A stretch of DNA of 9,517 bases. Origin: a virus (Duplodnaviria > Heunggongvirae > Uroviricota > Caudoviricetes). The notes under the pieces are model-generated. The model was given only the letters and a program-made list of their open reading frames with translations, was not told the origin of the DNA and did no database searches. The stretch lies in the IMG/VR virus record IMGVR_UViG_2537562091_000001, one strand, 5' to 3'. Positions 1-7,601 of this stretch are shown here, one piece after another. Both the position numbers and the translations under genes were made by a program. How positions within the stretch are numbered: the stretch's first letter is position 1; each line of letters opens with the position of its first letter.

Positions 1-206
1 GTCTTCCGTAGCCTGTCATACGCGTAAAACAGCCAGCGCTGGCGCGATTTAGCCCCGACATAGCCCCACTGTTCGTCCATTTCCGCGCAGACGATGACGT
101 CACTGCCCGGCTGTATGCGCGAGGTTACCGACTGCGGCCTGAGTTTTTTAAGTGACGTAAAATCGTGTTGAGGCCAACGCCCATAATGCGGGCTGTTGCC
201 CGGCAT
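1..206 (-). CDS. insB: IS1 InsB, 5' portion only (truncated by the window boundary)
   Basis: Minus-strand frame starting at the ATG at 206-204 reads [49 protein letters not shown]..., the IS1 InsB N-terminus; it overlaps the insA 3' end as in IS1. Confidence 0.8.
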
Positions 207-400
207 CCAACGCCATTCATGGCCATATCAATGATTTTCTGGTGCGTACCGGGTTGAGAAGCGGTGTAAGTGAACTGCAGTTGCCATGTTTTACGGCAGT
301 GAGAGCAGAGATAGCGCTGATGTCCGGCGGTGCTTTTGCCGTTACGCACCACCCCGTCAGTAGCTGAACAGGAGGGACAGCTGATAGAAACAGAAGCCAC
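125..400 (-). CDS. insA: IS1 InsA (transposition inhibitor / N-terminal part of InsAB' transposase), 91 aa
   Basis: ORF translation [39 protein letters not shown]...LKNSGRSR matches IS1 InsA as recalled; it lies inside the IS1 element at the expected distance from the inverted repeat. Confidence 0.93.
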
Positions 401-735
401 TGGAGCACCTCAAAAACACCATCATACACTAAATCAGTAAGTTGGCAGCATCACCGTATTGGGGTAGTAAATGAGCTATACAATCTTAATCATTTGTTAG
501 GTGAGAACTCTTGGTCGCAGATTCAAATACTGAAAATACGTGACAAATTATTATGAGCAAAATGGTGTATGTCACGTATTTTGAATGGTAGGTTAAAAAA
601 TAACACCGACTTTCGTAGGTATTACTAATAATAAAGCAGAGTTTTTAGATAGTATCAATGTGCTTTGTGTATATTGTGGCAAATAATTGAGTTGGGGGTA
701 CAATTGTGATTGCTTTTGCATGAACATTGCGCCTT

Positions 736-752
736 TATGCATAATGAGATAA
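736..752 (+). promoter_or_regulatory. Candidate extended -10 sigma70 promoter (TGcATAAT) upstream of ybcL
   Basis: tatgcataat at 736-745 gives a TGn plus CATAAT extended -10 about 55 bp upstream of the ybcL ATG; a plausible -35 is weak. Sequence inspection only. Confidence 0.25.
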
Positions 753-798
753 AGGAATATCAAATAAAATAACGATAGGTCATAACAAAGAGGTTTTT

Positions 799-1350
799 AT
801 GAAAACACTTATCGTTTCAACTGTATTGGCATTCATAACATTTTCTGCGCAGGCTGCAGCATTTCAGGTCACTAGTAATGAAATAAAAACAGGAGAGCAA
901 CTTACAACGTCTCATGTCTTTTCTGGATTTGGGTGTGAAGGTGGTAATACATCGCCCTCATTAACCTGGTCTGGTGTTCCTGAAGGTACCAAAAGCTTTG
1001 CCGTAACTGTATATGATCCAGATGCACCTACAGGCAGTGGTTGGTGGCATTGGACTGTTGTTAATATTCCAGCAACAGTAACATATTTGCCCGTTGATGC
1101 AGGGAGACGTGATGGAACAAAACTGCCGACTGGTGCTGTTCAAGGCCGAAATGATTTTGGCTATGCTGGGTTTGGTGGCGCATGTCCTCCTAAAGGAGAT
1201 AAACCACATCATTACCAGTTTAAAGTATGGGCTCTAAAAACTGAAAAGATTCCTGTAGATTCTAACTCCAGCGGAGCGTTAGTTGGTTATATGCTTAATG
1301 CTAATAAAATCGCAACCGCTGAGATAACACCAGTTTATGAGATAAAGTAG
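799..1350 (+). CDS. ybcL: Periplasmic PEBP/RKIP-family protein (UPF0098), DLP12 YbcL-like, 183 aa
   Basis: ATG at 799 preceded by aagagg; N-terminal signal peptide MKTLIVSTVLAFITFSAQA/AAFQ; translation matches YbcL as recalled. The gene is AT-rich compared with the lambda-like genes. Confidence 0.88.
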   Translation: MKTLIVSTVLAFITFSAQAAAFQVTSNEIKTGEQLTTSHVFSGFGCEGGNTSPSLTWSGVPEGTKSFAVTVYDPDAPTGSGWWHWTVVNIPATVTYLPVDAGRRDGTKLPTGAVQGRNDFGYAGFGGACPPKGDKPHHYQFKVWALKTEKIPVDSNSSGALVGYMLNANKIATAEITPVYEIK

Positions 1351-1359
1351 GGTGAGAGT

Positions 1360-2157
1360 ATGCTGGCAAGAGGTAAGACTAACTTAAAGATCGAAGAAAT
1401 ACGGATGCATAAACATCATGAGATTCATAGGGTTAAGCCTCTTATGCCAGCTTTGTGTCGTATCCGTCAGGGAAAGAAAGTTATCAATTGGGAGACGCAT
1501 ACTTTAACTGTTGATAATAATCAAATAATATTATTTCCTTGTGGTTATGAATTTTATATTGAGAATTATCCTGAAGCAGGGCTTTATCTTGCAGAAATGC
1601 TTTACTTACCCATTGATTTAATTGAGAGTTTCCAAAAACTTTATACGGTAACTGATCAAATACGTAACAAAACAAGTTTCTTTTTACCTCAGAATCCTGA
1701 GTTAATATATTGTTGGGAGCAACTAAAAACATCTGTTTCCCGAGGCTTCTCAACTAAAATTCAGGAGCACTTAGCAATGGGCGTTCTACTTTCGTTAGGA
1801 GTGAATCATGTTAATCATTTACTTTTATCATATAGTAAACAATCATTGATAAGTCGTTGTTATAACCTGCTGCTATCCGAACCCGGCACAAAATGGACAG
1901 CAAACAAGGTTGCTCGATATCTCTACATTTCTGTTTCTACATTACATCGCCGTCTAGCAAGCGAGGGGGTAAGTTTCCAAAGTATACTGGACGATGTGAG
2001 GTTAAATAATGCGTTGTCTGCTATACAAACGACGGTAAAACCTATAAGCGAGATTGCCAGAGAAAATGGTTATAAGTGTCCTTCTCGTTTTACTGAAAGA
2101 TTTCATAATCGTTTTAATATAACACCAAGAGAGATAAGAAAAGCTTCCAGAGAGTAA
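1360..2157 (+). CDS. ybcM: AraC/XylS-family transcriptional regulator, DLP12 YbcM-like, 265 aa
   Basis: Long ORF with a C-terminal AraC-type helix-turn-helix region ([46 protein letters not shown]...[19 protein letters not shown]); it starts 10 bp after the ybcL stop and is very AT-rich. Confidence 0.85.
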
Positions 2158-2221
2158 AAGTGTTTTAAGAAGGAGCAATTCTATCGATTTTGATTTTGGG
2201 AAATCAACACGGCATAATTAT

Positions 2222-2250
2222 GTCACCGGAGCCTGAACAACTCCGGTGAC
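2222..2250 (+). terminator. Perfect 10-bp inverted repeat (gtcaccggag / ctccggtgac, 9-nt loop) between ybcM and ybcN; possible weak terminator or protein-binding site
   Basis: The stem-loop is seen directly. It lies 65 bp after the ybcM stop, but the downstream T-tract is poor (ttctg), so a terminator role is uncertain. Confidence 0.3.
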
Positions 2251-2371
2251 TTCTGCGCTAAACGGGGACGTTTATGCGCACATACAATCCAAACTCTCTT
2301 CTCCCTTCACAGATGCAGAAATGCACCTGCAATTCTTTGCATCTAGCGTTTGACCTCTGCGGAGGTGAAGC

Positions 2372-2827
2372 GTGAACCTCTCACAAGACGGCATCAAATT
2401 ACATCGCGGCAACTTCACCGCTATCGGTCGGCAGATCCAGCCTTATCTGGAGGAGGGCAAATGCTTTCGCATGGTGCTTAAACCGTGGCGTGAGAAACGC
2501 AGTCTTTCCCAGAATGCACTCAGCCACATGTGGTACAGCGAAATCAGTGAATACCTCATCAGCAGGGGTAAAACGTTCGCCACTCCAGCTTGGGTAAAAG
2601 ATGCTCTCAAACACACATATCTCGGTTATGAAACCAAAGACCTGGTTGATGTCGTAACCGGTGATATCACCACTATCCAGTCGTTACGCCATACCTCCGA
2701 CCTTGATACCGGAGAGATGTATGTCTTCCTGTGTAAGGTTGAAGCCTGGGCGATGAATATTGGCTGCCACCTGACTATTCCGCAGAGCTGCGAGTTCCAG
2801 CTGCTGCGTGATAAGCAGGAGGCGTAA
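2372..2827 (+). CDS. ybcN: Phage nin-region protein YbcN (DNA base-flipping protein family), 151 aa, GTG start
   Basis: GTG at 2372 preceded by ggagg at 2361-2365; translation [21 protein letters not shown]... matches DLP12 YbcN as recalled; it sits at the start of the nin-like block. Confidence 0.85.
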
Positions 2828-2997
2828 TGGCTACACCGCTTATTCGTGTCATGAACGGACACATCTACAAAGTACCAAATCGTCGTAAGCGTAAGCCTGA
2901 GCTGAAACCATCCGAAATACCAACACTGCTCGGATATACCGCCAGCCTGGTTGATAAAAAATGGTTGCGACTGGCAGCTAGGAGGAATCATGGCTGA
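2827..2997 (+). CDS. ninE: NinE-family protein, 56 aa
   Basis: Short [59 protein letters not shown]; its start overlaps the ybcN stop (TAATG) and its end overlaps the ybcO start. This is the expected position of ninE in DLP12; it is absent from the ORF track because it is under 60 aa. Confidence 0.75.
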   Translation: MATPLIRVMNGHIYKVPNRRKRKPELKPSEIPTLLGYTASLVDKKWLRLAARRNHG

Positions 2998-3280
2998 TTT
3001 GAGAAAAGCAGCGCGTGGTCGGGAATGCCAGGTAAGAATCCCTGGCGTATGTAATGGCAATCCTGAAACGTCTGTACTGGCACATATCCGGCTGGCTGGA
3101 TTGTGCGGTACCGGTATCAAACCGCCAGACCTGATTGCCACCATTGCATGTTCTGCCTGTCACGACGAGATCGACCGTCGCACGCATTTTGTTGACGCTG
3201 GATATGCAAAAGAATGCGCGCTGGAAGGTATGGCGAGAACGCAGGTTATCTGGCTGAAAGAGGGGGTAATTAAGGCGTGA
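2990..3280 (+). CDS. ybcO: Cys-rich DUF1364-type putative nuclease YbcO, 96 aa
   Basis: ATG at 2990 preceded by a strong AGGAGG at 2980-2985; translation [23 protein letters not shown]...CSACHDE...; the track ORF from 2951 is an upstream TTG extension. Confidence 0.85.
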   Translation: MADLRKAARGRECQVRIPGVCNGNPETSVLAHIRLAGLCGTGIKPPDLIATIACSACHDEIDRRTHFVDAGYAKECALEGMARTQVIWLKEGVIKA

Positions 3281-3639
3281 ATACCTACAATATCACATTA
3301 CCCTGGCCGCCGAGCAATAATCGCTATTACCGCCATAATCGCGGGCGCACGCACATCAGCGCAGAGGGGCAGGCATACCGCGAAAACGTCGCCCGAATCA
3401 TTAAAAACGCAATGCTGGATATCGGCCTGGCTATGCCTGTGAAAATCCGCATTGAGTGCCACATGCCGGATCGCCGTCGCCGTGACCTGGATAATCTGCA
3501 AAAAGCCGCTTTTGACGCACTCACTAAAGCAGGTTTCTGGCTGGATGATGCTCAGGTCGTTGATTACCGCGTTGTGAAGATGCCTGTTACCAAAGGTGGG
3601 AGGCTGGAACTGACCATCACCGAAATGGGGAATGAATGA
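3277..3639 (+). CDS. rusA: RusA Holliday-junction resolvase (cryptic prophage endonuclease), 120 aa, GTG start
   Basis: Translation [24 protein letters not shown]... contains the catalytic acidic residues D70, D72 and D91 ([10 protein letters not shown]...WLDDAQ); the start overlaps the ybcO stop (GTGA). Confidence 0.92.
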   Translation: MNTYNITLPWPPSNNRYYRHNRGRTHISAEGQAYRENVARIIKNAMLDIGLAMPVKIRIECHMPDRRRRDLDNLQKAAFDALTKAGFWLDDAQVVDYRVVKMPVTKGGRLELTITEMGNE

Positions 3640-3776
3640 TGTTTGAGTTTAATATGGCAGAACTTCTTCGCCACCGCTGGATGCGCCTGCGCTTATATCG
3701 TTTCCCCAGTTCTGTTTTGACCGATTACCGAATACTGAGGAATTACGCCAAAACCCTGACAGGAGCAGGAGTATGA
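3636..3776 (+). CDS. ylcG: Small nin-region protein YlcG, 46 aa
   Basis: ATG at 3636 overlaps the rusA stop (ATGA); translation [46 protein letters not shown]; same position as ylcG in DLP12. Confidence 0.7.
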   Translation: MMFEFNMAELLRHRWMRLRLYRFPSSVLTDYRILRNYAKTLTGAGV

Positions 3777-3861
3777 AGTCAGAGATAACAATCAACTAAT
3801 ACTGTTTTATTGATTTTTGCTTGTAATTGGCGTTCTGGTCTGATTTTTGTGGAGTAAGTTG

Positions 3862-4245
3862 ATGCGTGATATTCAGATGGTTCTTGAGCGTTGGGGAGCG
3901 TGGGCGGCTAATAATCATGAAGATGTGACCTGGTCGTCCATTGCCGCCGGTTTTAAGGGATTAATTACTTCAAAAGTAAAATCTCGCCCGCAATGTTGTG
4001 ACGATGACGCGATGATCATTTGCGGGTGCATGGCCCGTCTGAAAAAGAACAACAGCGATTTGCACGATTTATTAGTAGATTATTATGTAGTCGGTATGAC
4101 ATTCATGTCACTGGCAGGTAAGCATTGCTGCTCTGATGGTTATATCGGGAAAAGGTTACAGAAGGCTGAGGGCATAATTGAAGGGATGTTAATGGCATTA
4201 GATATCCGGTTAGAGATGGATATCGTTGTTAATAACTCTAATTAA
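3862..4245 (+). CDS. quuD: Late-gene antiterminator Q (phage 21/82-type), DLP12 QuuD, 127 aa
   Basis: ATG at 3862 preceded by ggag at 3851-3854; translation [24 protein letters not shown]... matches QuuD as recalled; the track start at 3847 is a TTG extension. It is the last gene of the nin-like block, as Q is in lambdoid phages. Confidence 0.88.
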   Translation: MRDIQMVLERWGAWAANNHEDVTWSSIAAGFKGLITSKVKSRPQCCDDDAMIICGCMARLKKNNSDLHDLLVDYYVVGMTFMSLAGKHCCSDGYIGKRLQKAEGIIEGMLMALDIRLEMDIVVNNSN

Positions 4246-4261
4246 TATGCCAATTGTTTAC

Positions 4262-4297
4262 TAAAAATTATTAAAAATGGGGCGTTGAGACGCCCCC
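4262..4297 (-). terminator. Rho-independent terminator on the minus strand (stem ggggcgt/acgcccc with tgag loop at 4279-4296, then a U-rich tract from 4278 to 4262)
   Basis: Minus-strand RNA would read GGGGGCGUCUCAACGCCCC followed by AUUUUUAAUAAUUUUU, a textbook intrinsic terminator. It lies about 140 bp downstream of the nmpC stop and at the predicted 3' end of the IpeX-like RNA. Confidence 0.7.
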
Positions 4298-4434
4298 AAA
4301 AATAAAGGGTAATATATAACAGAAGGTTTATATAGTTAGAAGCAAGGTTGTGCTTCTAAAGGAAGTGGCTTGAGGGAGCCACTTATATGTTGGGGAGGCA
4401 AAGCCTCCCGCAACATATCTTTTTCGTAATCAGA
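4268..4434 (-). ncRNA. ipeX: Candidate IpeX-like small RNA in the nmpC 3' region (multi-hairpin RNA ending at the terminator above); boundaries approximate
   Basis: Four consecutive stem-loops on one strand (4385-4418, 4363-4384, 4338-4357, 4279-4297) between the nmpC stop and the terminator U-tract. IpeX is a roughly 167-nt sRNA described at this position in DLP12; ends are not mapped here. Confidence 0.4.
4385..4426 (+). terminator. Long imperfect hairpin (atatgttggggaggc-aaa-gcctcccgcaacatat) followed by cttttt; candidate plus-strand terminator just before nmpC in antisense
   Basis: About 15-bp stem with a single bulge, followed by a T5 run on the plus strand. It could terminate rightward transcription leaving quuD, or it could simply be the 5' stem of the IpeX-like RNA. 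Confidence 0.35.
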
Positions 4435-5517
4435 TTAGAACTGATACACCAGACCTACAGCGACGATGTCGTCGGTATCAATACCAGCTGTTTTGGTAAA
4501 CTTACTATCGTCAATTAAGTTGATTTTGTAATCAACAAAAGTGGACATGTTTTTATTAAAGTAGTAAGTAGCACCGACATCGACATACTTGACTAAGTCT
4601 CGGTCACCATGAACACCAAGGTCTTTACCTTTTGACTGAAGGTAAGCAACAGATGGTCGCAGACCGAAGTCAAACTGATATTGTGCTACTGCTTCAAAGT
4701 TTTGTGCTTTGTTTGCAATATGGTTATTACCAAAAACGGTCATATTCTGAGTTTCAGAATATGTGGTAGCCAGATAGATATTGTTCGCATCATATTTCAG
4801 GCCTGCAGCCCATACTTCCGCATTTTTGCCGGAGGCATTGAATTTGCTCTTACCATAGGCGACCTGACCGTCAGTGCGATCTGATTTAGCATAGGTTGCA
4901 CCCACGCCGAATCCTTCATACTCATAAGTAGTGGAGAAACCGAAACCATCACCATTGGCTTCAGTTACGTCAGTGCGGTCATTTTTACCCTGATACTGAG
5001 CAGCAAAGTTCAGGCCATCGACCAGACCAAAGAAGTCGTTGTTACGATAGGTTGCAACACCAGTGGTGCGACCAGTCATGAACACATCTGTTTGGGTCCA
5101 GGTATCGCCACCGAATTCTGGCAGAACGTCAGTCCACGCACCGATGTCGTATGCTACACCGTAGTTACGGCCGTAATCGATTGAGCCGTAGTCACCGAAT
5201 TTCAGGCCTGCAAATGCAAGACGGGTTTTGTCTTTGGAGGAACCTTGAGATTCAGCGCGGTTGCCTTTGAATTCATATTCCCACTGACCGAAACCAGTCA
5301 GTTGATCGTTGATTTGGGTTTCACCTTTGAAGCCAAGACGGGCATAAGTAGTATCACCATCATCTGCATCGTTAGAGGAAAAGTAGTGCTTGGCATTAAC
5401 TTTCCCGTACAGATCCAGCTTGTTACTGTCTTTATTATAAATTTCAGCTGCCTGAGCAGACATCGCCATCAGTACTGATGCAGCTACAGCAGAAATTGCC
5501 ACTGTTAATTTTTTCAT
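4435..5517 (-). CDS. nmpC: Outer-membrane general porin of the OmpC/PhoE/NmpC family, intact, 360 aa
   Basis: Signal peptide [29 protein letters not shown]; porin-like beta-barrel sequence ending in the C-terminal VGLVYQF with terminal Phe; uninterrupted frame on the strand opposite to the surrounding phage genes. Confidence 0.9.
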   Translation of the reverse strand: MKKLTVAISAVAASVLMAMSAQAAEIYNKDSNKLDLYGKVNAKHYFSSNDADDGDTTYARLGFKGETQINDQLTGFGQWEYEFKGNRAESQGSSKDKTRLAFAGLKFGDYGSIDYGRNYGVAYDIGAWTDVLPEFGGDTWTQTDVFMTGRTTGVATYRNNDFFGLVDGLNFAAQYQGKNDRTDVTEANGDGFGFSTTYEYEGFGVGATYAKSDRTDGQVAYGKSKFNASGKNAEVWAAGLKYDANNIYLATTYSETQNMTVFGNNHIANKAQNFEAVAQYQFDFGLRPSVAYLQSKGKDLGVHGDRDLVKYVDVGATYYFNKNMSTFVDYKINLIDDSKFTKTAGIDTDDIVAVGLVYQF

Positions 5518-6105
5518 CGTGAGCCCTTTTTTTTGAACTATTATTAAAAAATGATGTCACTGCGCGATAAATATTCATCTAATCAATGTGATTATTTCAA
5601 GATGTAAGTTTTAGTTTCTCATTTAATTTGTGAAGTAGATCTCTATTTTTATCTGAACTTTTTCTATCGAAACCTATTTATGGCTCTTATTTGAACAAAA
5701 ATAAACCTATTAGCTAATTTATATTAATGGCTGTTATTTATGGGGGTTCTATAATTCGGTGGTTTAATTTAAATCAACTAAAAATAACGCCGGAAATTAT
5801 TTATTGGTTATTTGTTGAGGTTTTCTTATATATTTGTGGTGGTGTTTTGAACACTCGGTAGCATTCTCATAAATATCATTCAGTGGTTTACGTACGTAAA
5901 AAATTGGTTATGCTGTTAAGAGTGGTTACTTCGTCACACAGCTTAAACCCGCCGTCGAGCTGGTTTTTCCATTTTTTGAGTCTCGATATTAGCTGATAAC
6001 TCAATACCTGAGTTATTCACTGACTCCGAGTCTGTTACGTTTCTGCTTTTTTGCGATACGTTGTATTCCCTCAATTTACACCCGCTTTGTCTGCGAGGTG
6101 GGGTT

Positions 6106-6321
6106 ATGAAATCCATGGATAAGTTAACAACGGGTGTCGCCTATGGCACCTCAGCAGGTAGTGCCGGTTACTGGTTTTTACAGCTGCTCGATAAAGTCAC
6201 GCCCTCACAGTGGGCAGCAATAGGTGTGCTGGGTAGCCTGGTATTTGGCCTGCTGACGTACCTGACAAACCTTTATTTCAAGATTAAAGAAGATAAGCGC
6301 AAGGCTGCGAGAGGTGAATAA
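6106..6321 (+). CDS. essD: Phage-21-type class II holin (pinholin S21-like) with dual-start motif, 71 aa
   Basis: ATG at 6106 preceded by gaggtg at 6095-6100; translation [26 protein letters not shown]...[19 protein letters not shown] resembles S21 as recalled; Met1 and Met4 form the holin/antiholin dual start; the track start at 6061 is a TTG extension. Confidence 0.88.
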
Positions 6322-6818
6322 TGCCTCCATCATTACGAAAAGCCGTTGCTGCTGCTATTGGTGGCGGAGCAATTGCTATAGCATCAGTGTTAATCACTGG
6401 CCCAAGTGGTAACGATGGTCTGGAAGGTGTCAGCTACATACCATACAAAGATATTGTTGGTGTATGGACTGTATGTCACGGGCATACAGGAAAAGACATC
6501 ATGCTCGGTAAAACGTATACCAAAGCAGAATGCAAAGCCCTCCTGAATAAAGACCTTGCCACGGTCGCCAGACAAATTAACCCGTACATAAAAGTTGATA
6601 TACCGGAAACAACGCGCGGCGCTCTTTACTCGTTCGTTTACAACGTGGGCGCTGGCAATTTCAGAACATCGACGCTTCTTCGCAAAATAAACCAGGGCGA
6701 TATCAAAGGCGCATGTGATCAGCTACGTCGCTGGACATATGCTGGCGGTAAGCAATGGAAAGGTCTCATGACTCGTCGTGAGATTGAGCGTGAAATCTGT
6801 TTGTGGGGTCAGCAATGA
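6321..6818 (+). CDS. rrrD: SAR endolysin (T4-lysozyme-type muramidase with N-terminal signal-anchor-release domain), 165 aa
   Basis: Start overlaps the essD stop (TAATG); Gly/Ala-rich weakly hydrophobic N-terminus [20 protein letters not shown] typical of SAR domains; E35 and D44 catalytic residues present; matches R21/RrrD as recalled. Confidence 0.9.
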   Translation: MPPSLRKAVAAAIGGGAIAIASVLITGPSGNDGLEGVSYIPYKDIVGVWTVCHGHTGKDIMLGKTYTKAECKALLNKDLATVARQINPYIKVDIPETTRGALYSFVYNVGAGNFRTSTLLRKINQGDIKGACDQLRRWTYAGGKQWKGLMTRREIEREICLWGQQ

Positions 6819-7276
6819 ACAGAGTAACCGCGATTATCTCCGCTCTGGTTATCTGCATCATCGTCTGCCTGTCATGGGCTGTTAATCATTACCGTGATAA
6901 CGCCATTACCTACAAAGCCCAGCGCGACAAAAATGCCAGAGAACTGAAGCTGGCGAACGCGGCAATTACTGACATGCAGATGCGCCAGCGTGATGTTGCT
7001 GCACTGGATGAAAAATACACGAAGGAGTTAGCTAATGCGAAAGCTGAAAATGATGCTCTGCGTGATGATGTTGCCGCTGGTCGTCGTCGGTTGCACATCA
7101 AAGCAGTCTGTCAGTCAGTGCGTGAAGCCACCACCGCCTCCGGCGTGGATAATGCAGCCTCCCCCCGACTGGCAGACACCGCTGAACGGGATTATTTCAC
7201 CCTCAGAGAGAGGCTGATCACTATGCAAAAACAACTGGAAGGAACCCAGAAGTATATTAATGAGCAGTGCAGATAG
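6815..7276 (+). CDS. rzpD: Spanin inner-membrane subunit Rz (i-spanin), 153 aa
   Basis: ATG at 6815 overlaps the rrrD stop (ATGA); N-terminal transmembrane helix [18 protein letters not shown] followed by a coiled-coil-like region; nearly identical to lambda Rz as recalled. Confidence 0.9.
   Translation: MNRVTAIISALVICIIVCLSWAVNHYRDNAITYKAQRDKNARELKLANAAITDMQMRQRDVAALDEKYTKELANAKAENDALRDDVAAGRRRLHIKAVCQSVREATTASGVDNAASPRLADTAERDYFTLRERLITMQKQLEGTQKYINEQCR
7035..7217 (+). CDS. rzoD: Spanin outer-membrane lipoprotein subunit Rz1 (o-spanin), embedded in the +1 frame of Rz, 60 aa
   Basis: ATG at 7035 preceded by aaggag at 7022-7027; lipobox VVGC followed by a Pro-rich mature region ([16 protein letters not shown]); lies entirely within rzpD, as Rz1 does within Rz in lambda. 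Confidence 0.88.
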   Translation: MRKLKMMLCVMMLPLVVVGCTSKQSVSQCVKPPPPPAWIMQPPPDWQTPLNGIISPSERG

Positions 7277-7280
7277 AGCT

Positions 7281-7296
7281 GCCCATATCGATGGGC
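7281..7296. terminator. Short GC-rich hairpin (gcccat-atcg-atgggc) between the convergent rzpD and borD genes; possible weak bidirectional terminator
   Basis: 6-bp stem seen between the two stop codons at 7276 and 7308; no clear U-tract on either strand. Confidence 0.25.
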
Positions 7297-7307
7297 AACT
7301 CATGCAA

Positions 7308-7601
7308 TTATTGTGAGCAATACACACGCGCTTCCAGCGGAGTATAAATGCCTAAAGTAATAAAACCGAGCAATCCATTTACGAATGTTTGCTGGGTTTC
7401 TGTTTTAACAACATTTTCTGCGCCGCCACAAATTTTGGCTGCATCAACAGTTTTCTCCTGTCCAATTCCCGAAACGAAGAAGTGATGGGTGATGGTTTCC
7501 TTTGGTGTTACTGCTGTCGGTTTGTTTCCAACAGTAAACGTCTGTTGAGCACATCCTGTAATAAGCATTGCCAGAGCGGCAGAAAACAACATTTTTTTCA
7601 T
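7308..7601 (-). CDS. borD: Bor-family outer-membrane lipoprotein (serum-resistance protein homologue), 97 aa
   Basis: Start at the ATG giving MKKMLFSAALAMLITGCAQQ... (lipobox ITGC); near-identical to lambda Bor as recalled; the track ORF from 7649 is an N-terminal extension. Confidence 0.88.
   Translation of the reverse strand: MKKMLFSAALAMLITGCAQQTFTVGNKPTAVTPKETITHHFFVSGIGQEKTVDAAKICGGAENVVKTETQQTFVNGLLGFITLGIYTPLEARVYCSQ

Larger units (their letters stand above)
1..455 (-). mobile_element. IS1 insertion sequence, left-end portion (IS1 coordinates about 1-457); continues beyond the window start
   Basis: Reverse complement matches the IS1 left end as recalled, including the terminal inverted repeat ggtgatgctgccaacttactgat at 433-455, the insA ORF and the A6C frameshift motif (plus-strand gtttttt at 143-149). 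Flanking DNA from 456 is unrelated and AT-rich. Confidence 0.93.

Noticed and set aside
217-429. ORF on the minus strand overlapping insA in another frame
   Set aside because: Lies entirely inside the well-defined insA gene; an overlapping frame with no independent support.
2274-2372. Possible 32-codon ORF ([33 protein letters not shown]) upstream of ybcN
   Set aside because: Very short, overlaps the ybcN ribosome-binding site and start, and has no recognisable features; more likely non-coding leader sequence.
961-3524. Several antisense ORFs inside ybcL, ybcM, ybcN, ybcO and rusA (961-1212, 1484-1753, 2399-2614, 2626-3144, 2978-3187, 3298-3501, 3327-3524)
   Set aside because: Each is fully contained in the opposite strand of a gene with clear family resemblance; typical shadow ORFs.
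4681-5478. Plus-strand ORFs 4681-4884 and 5245-5478 inside nmpC
   Set aside because: Antisense to an intact porin gene; low-complexity translations and no ribosome-binding sites.
5887-5900. Perfect 14-bp palindrome tttacgtacgtaaa
   Set aside because: About one perfect 14-bp palindrome is expected by chance in a window this size, more so in AT-rich DNA; noted as a possible operator but not significant on its own.
2951-6814. Longer N-terminal versions of ybcO (from 2951), quuD (from 3847), essD (from 6061) and rzpD (from 6803) given by the ORF track
   Set aside because: These begin at TTG or GTG codons without good ribosome-binding sites, whereas the internal ATG starts have Shine-Dalgarno sequences and give the expected protein lengths.
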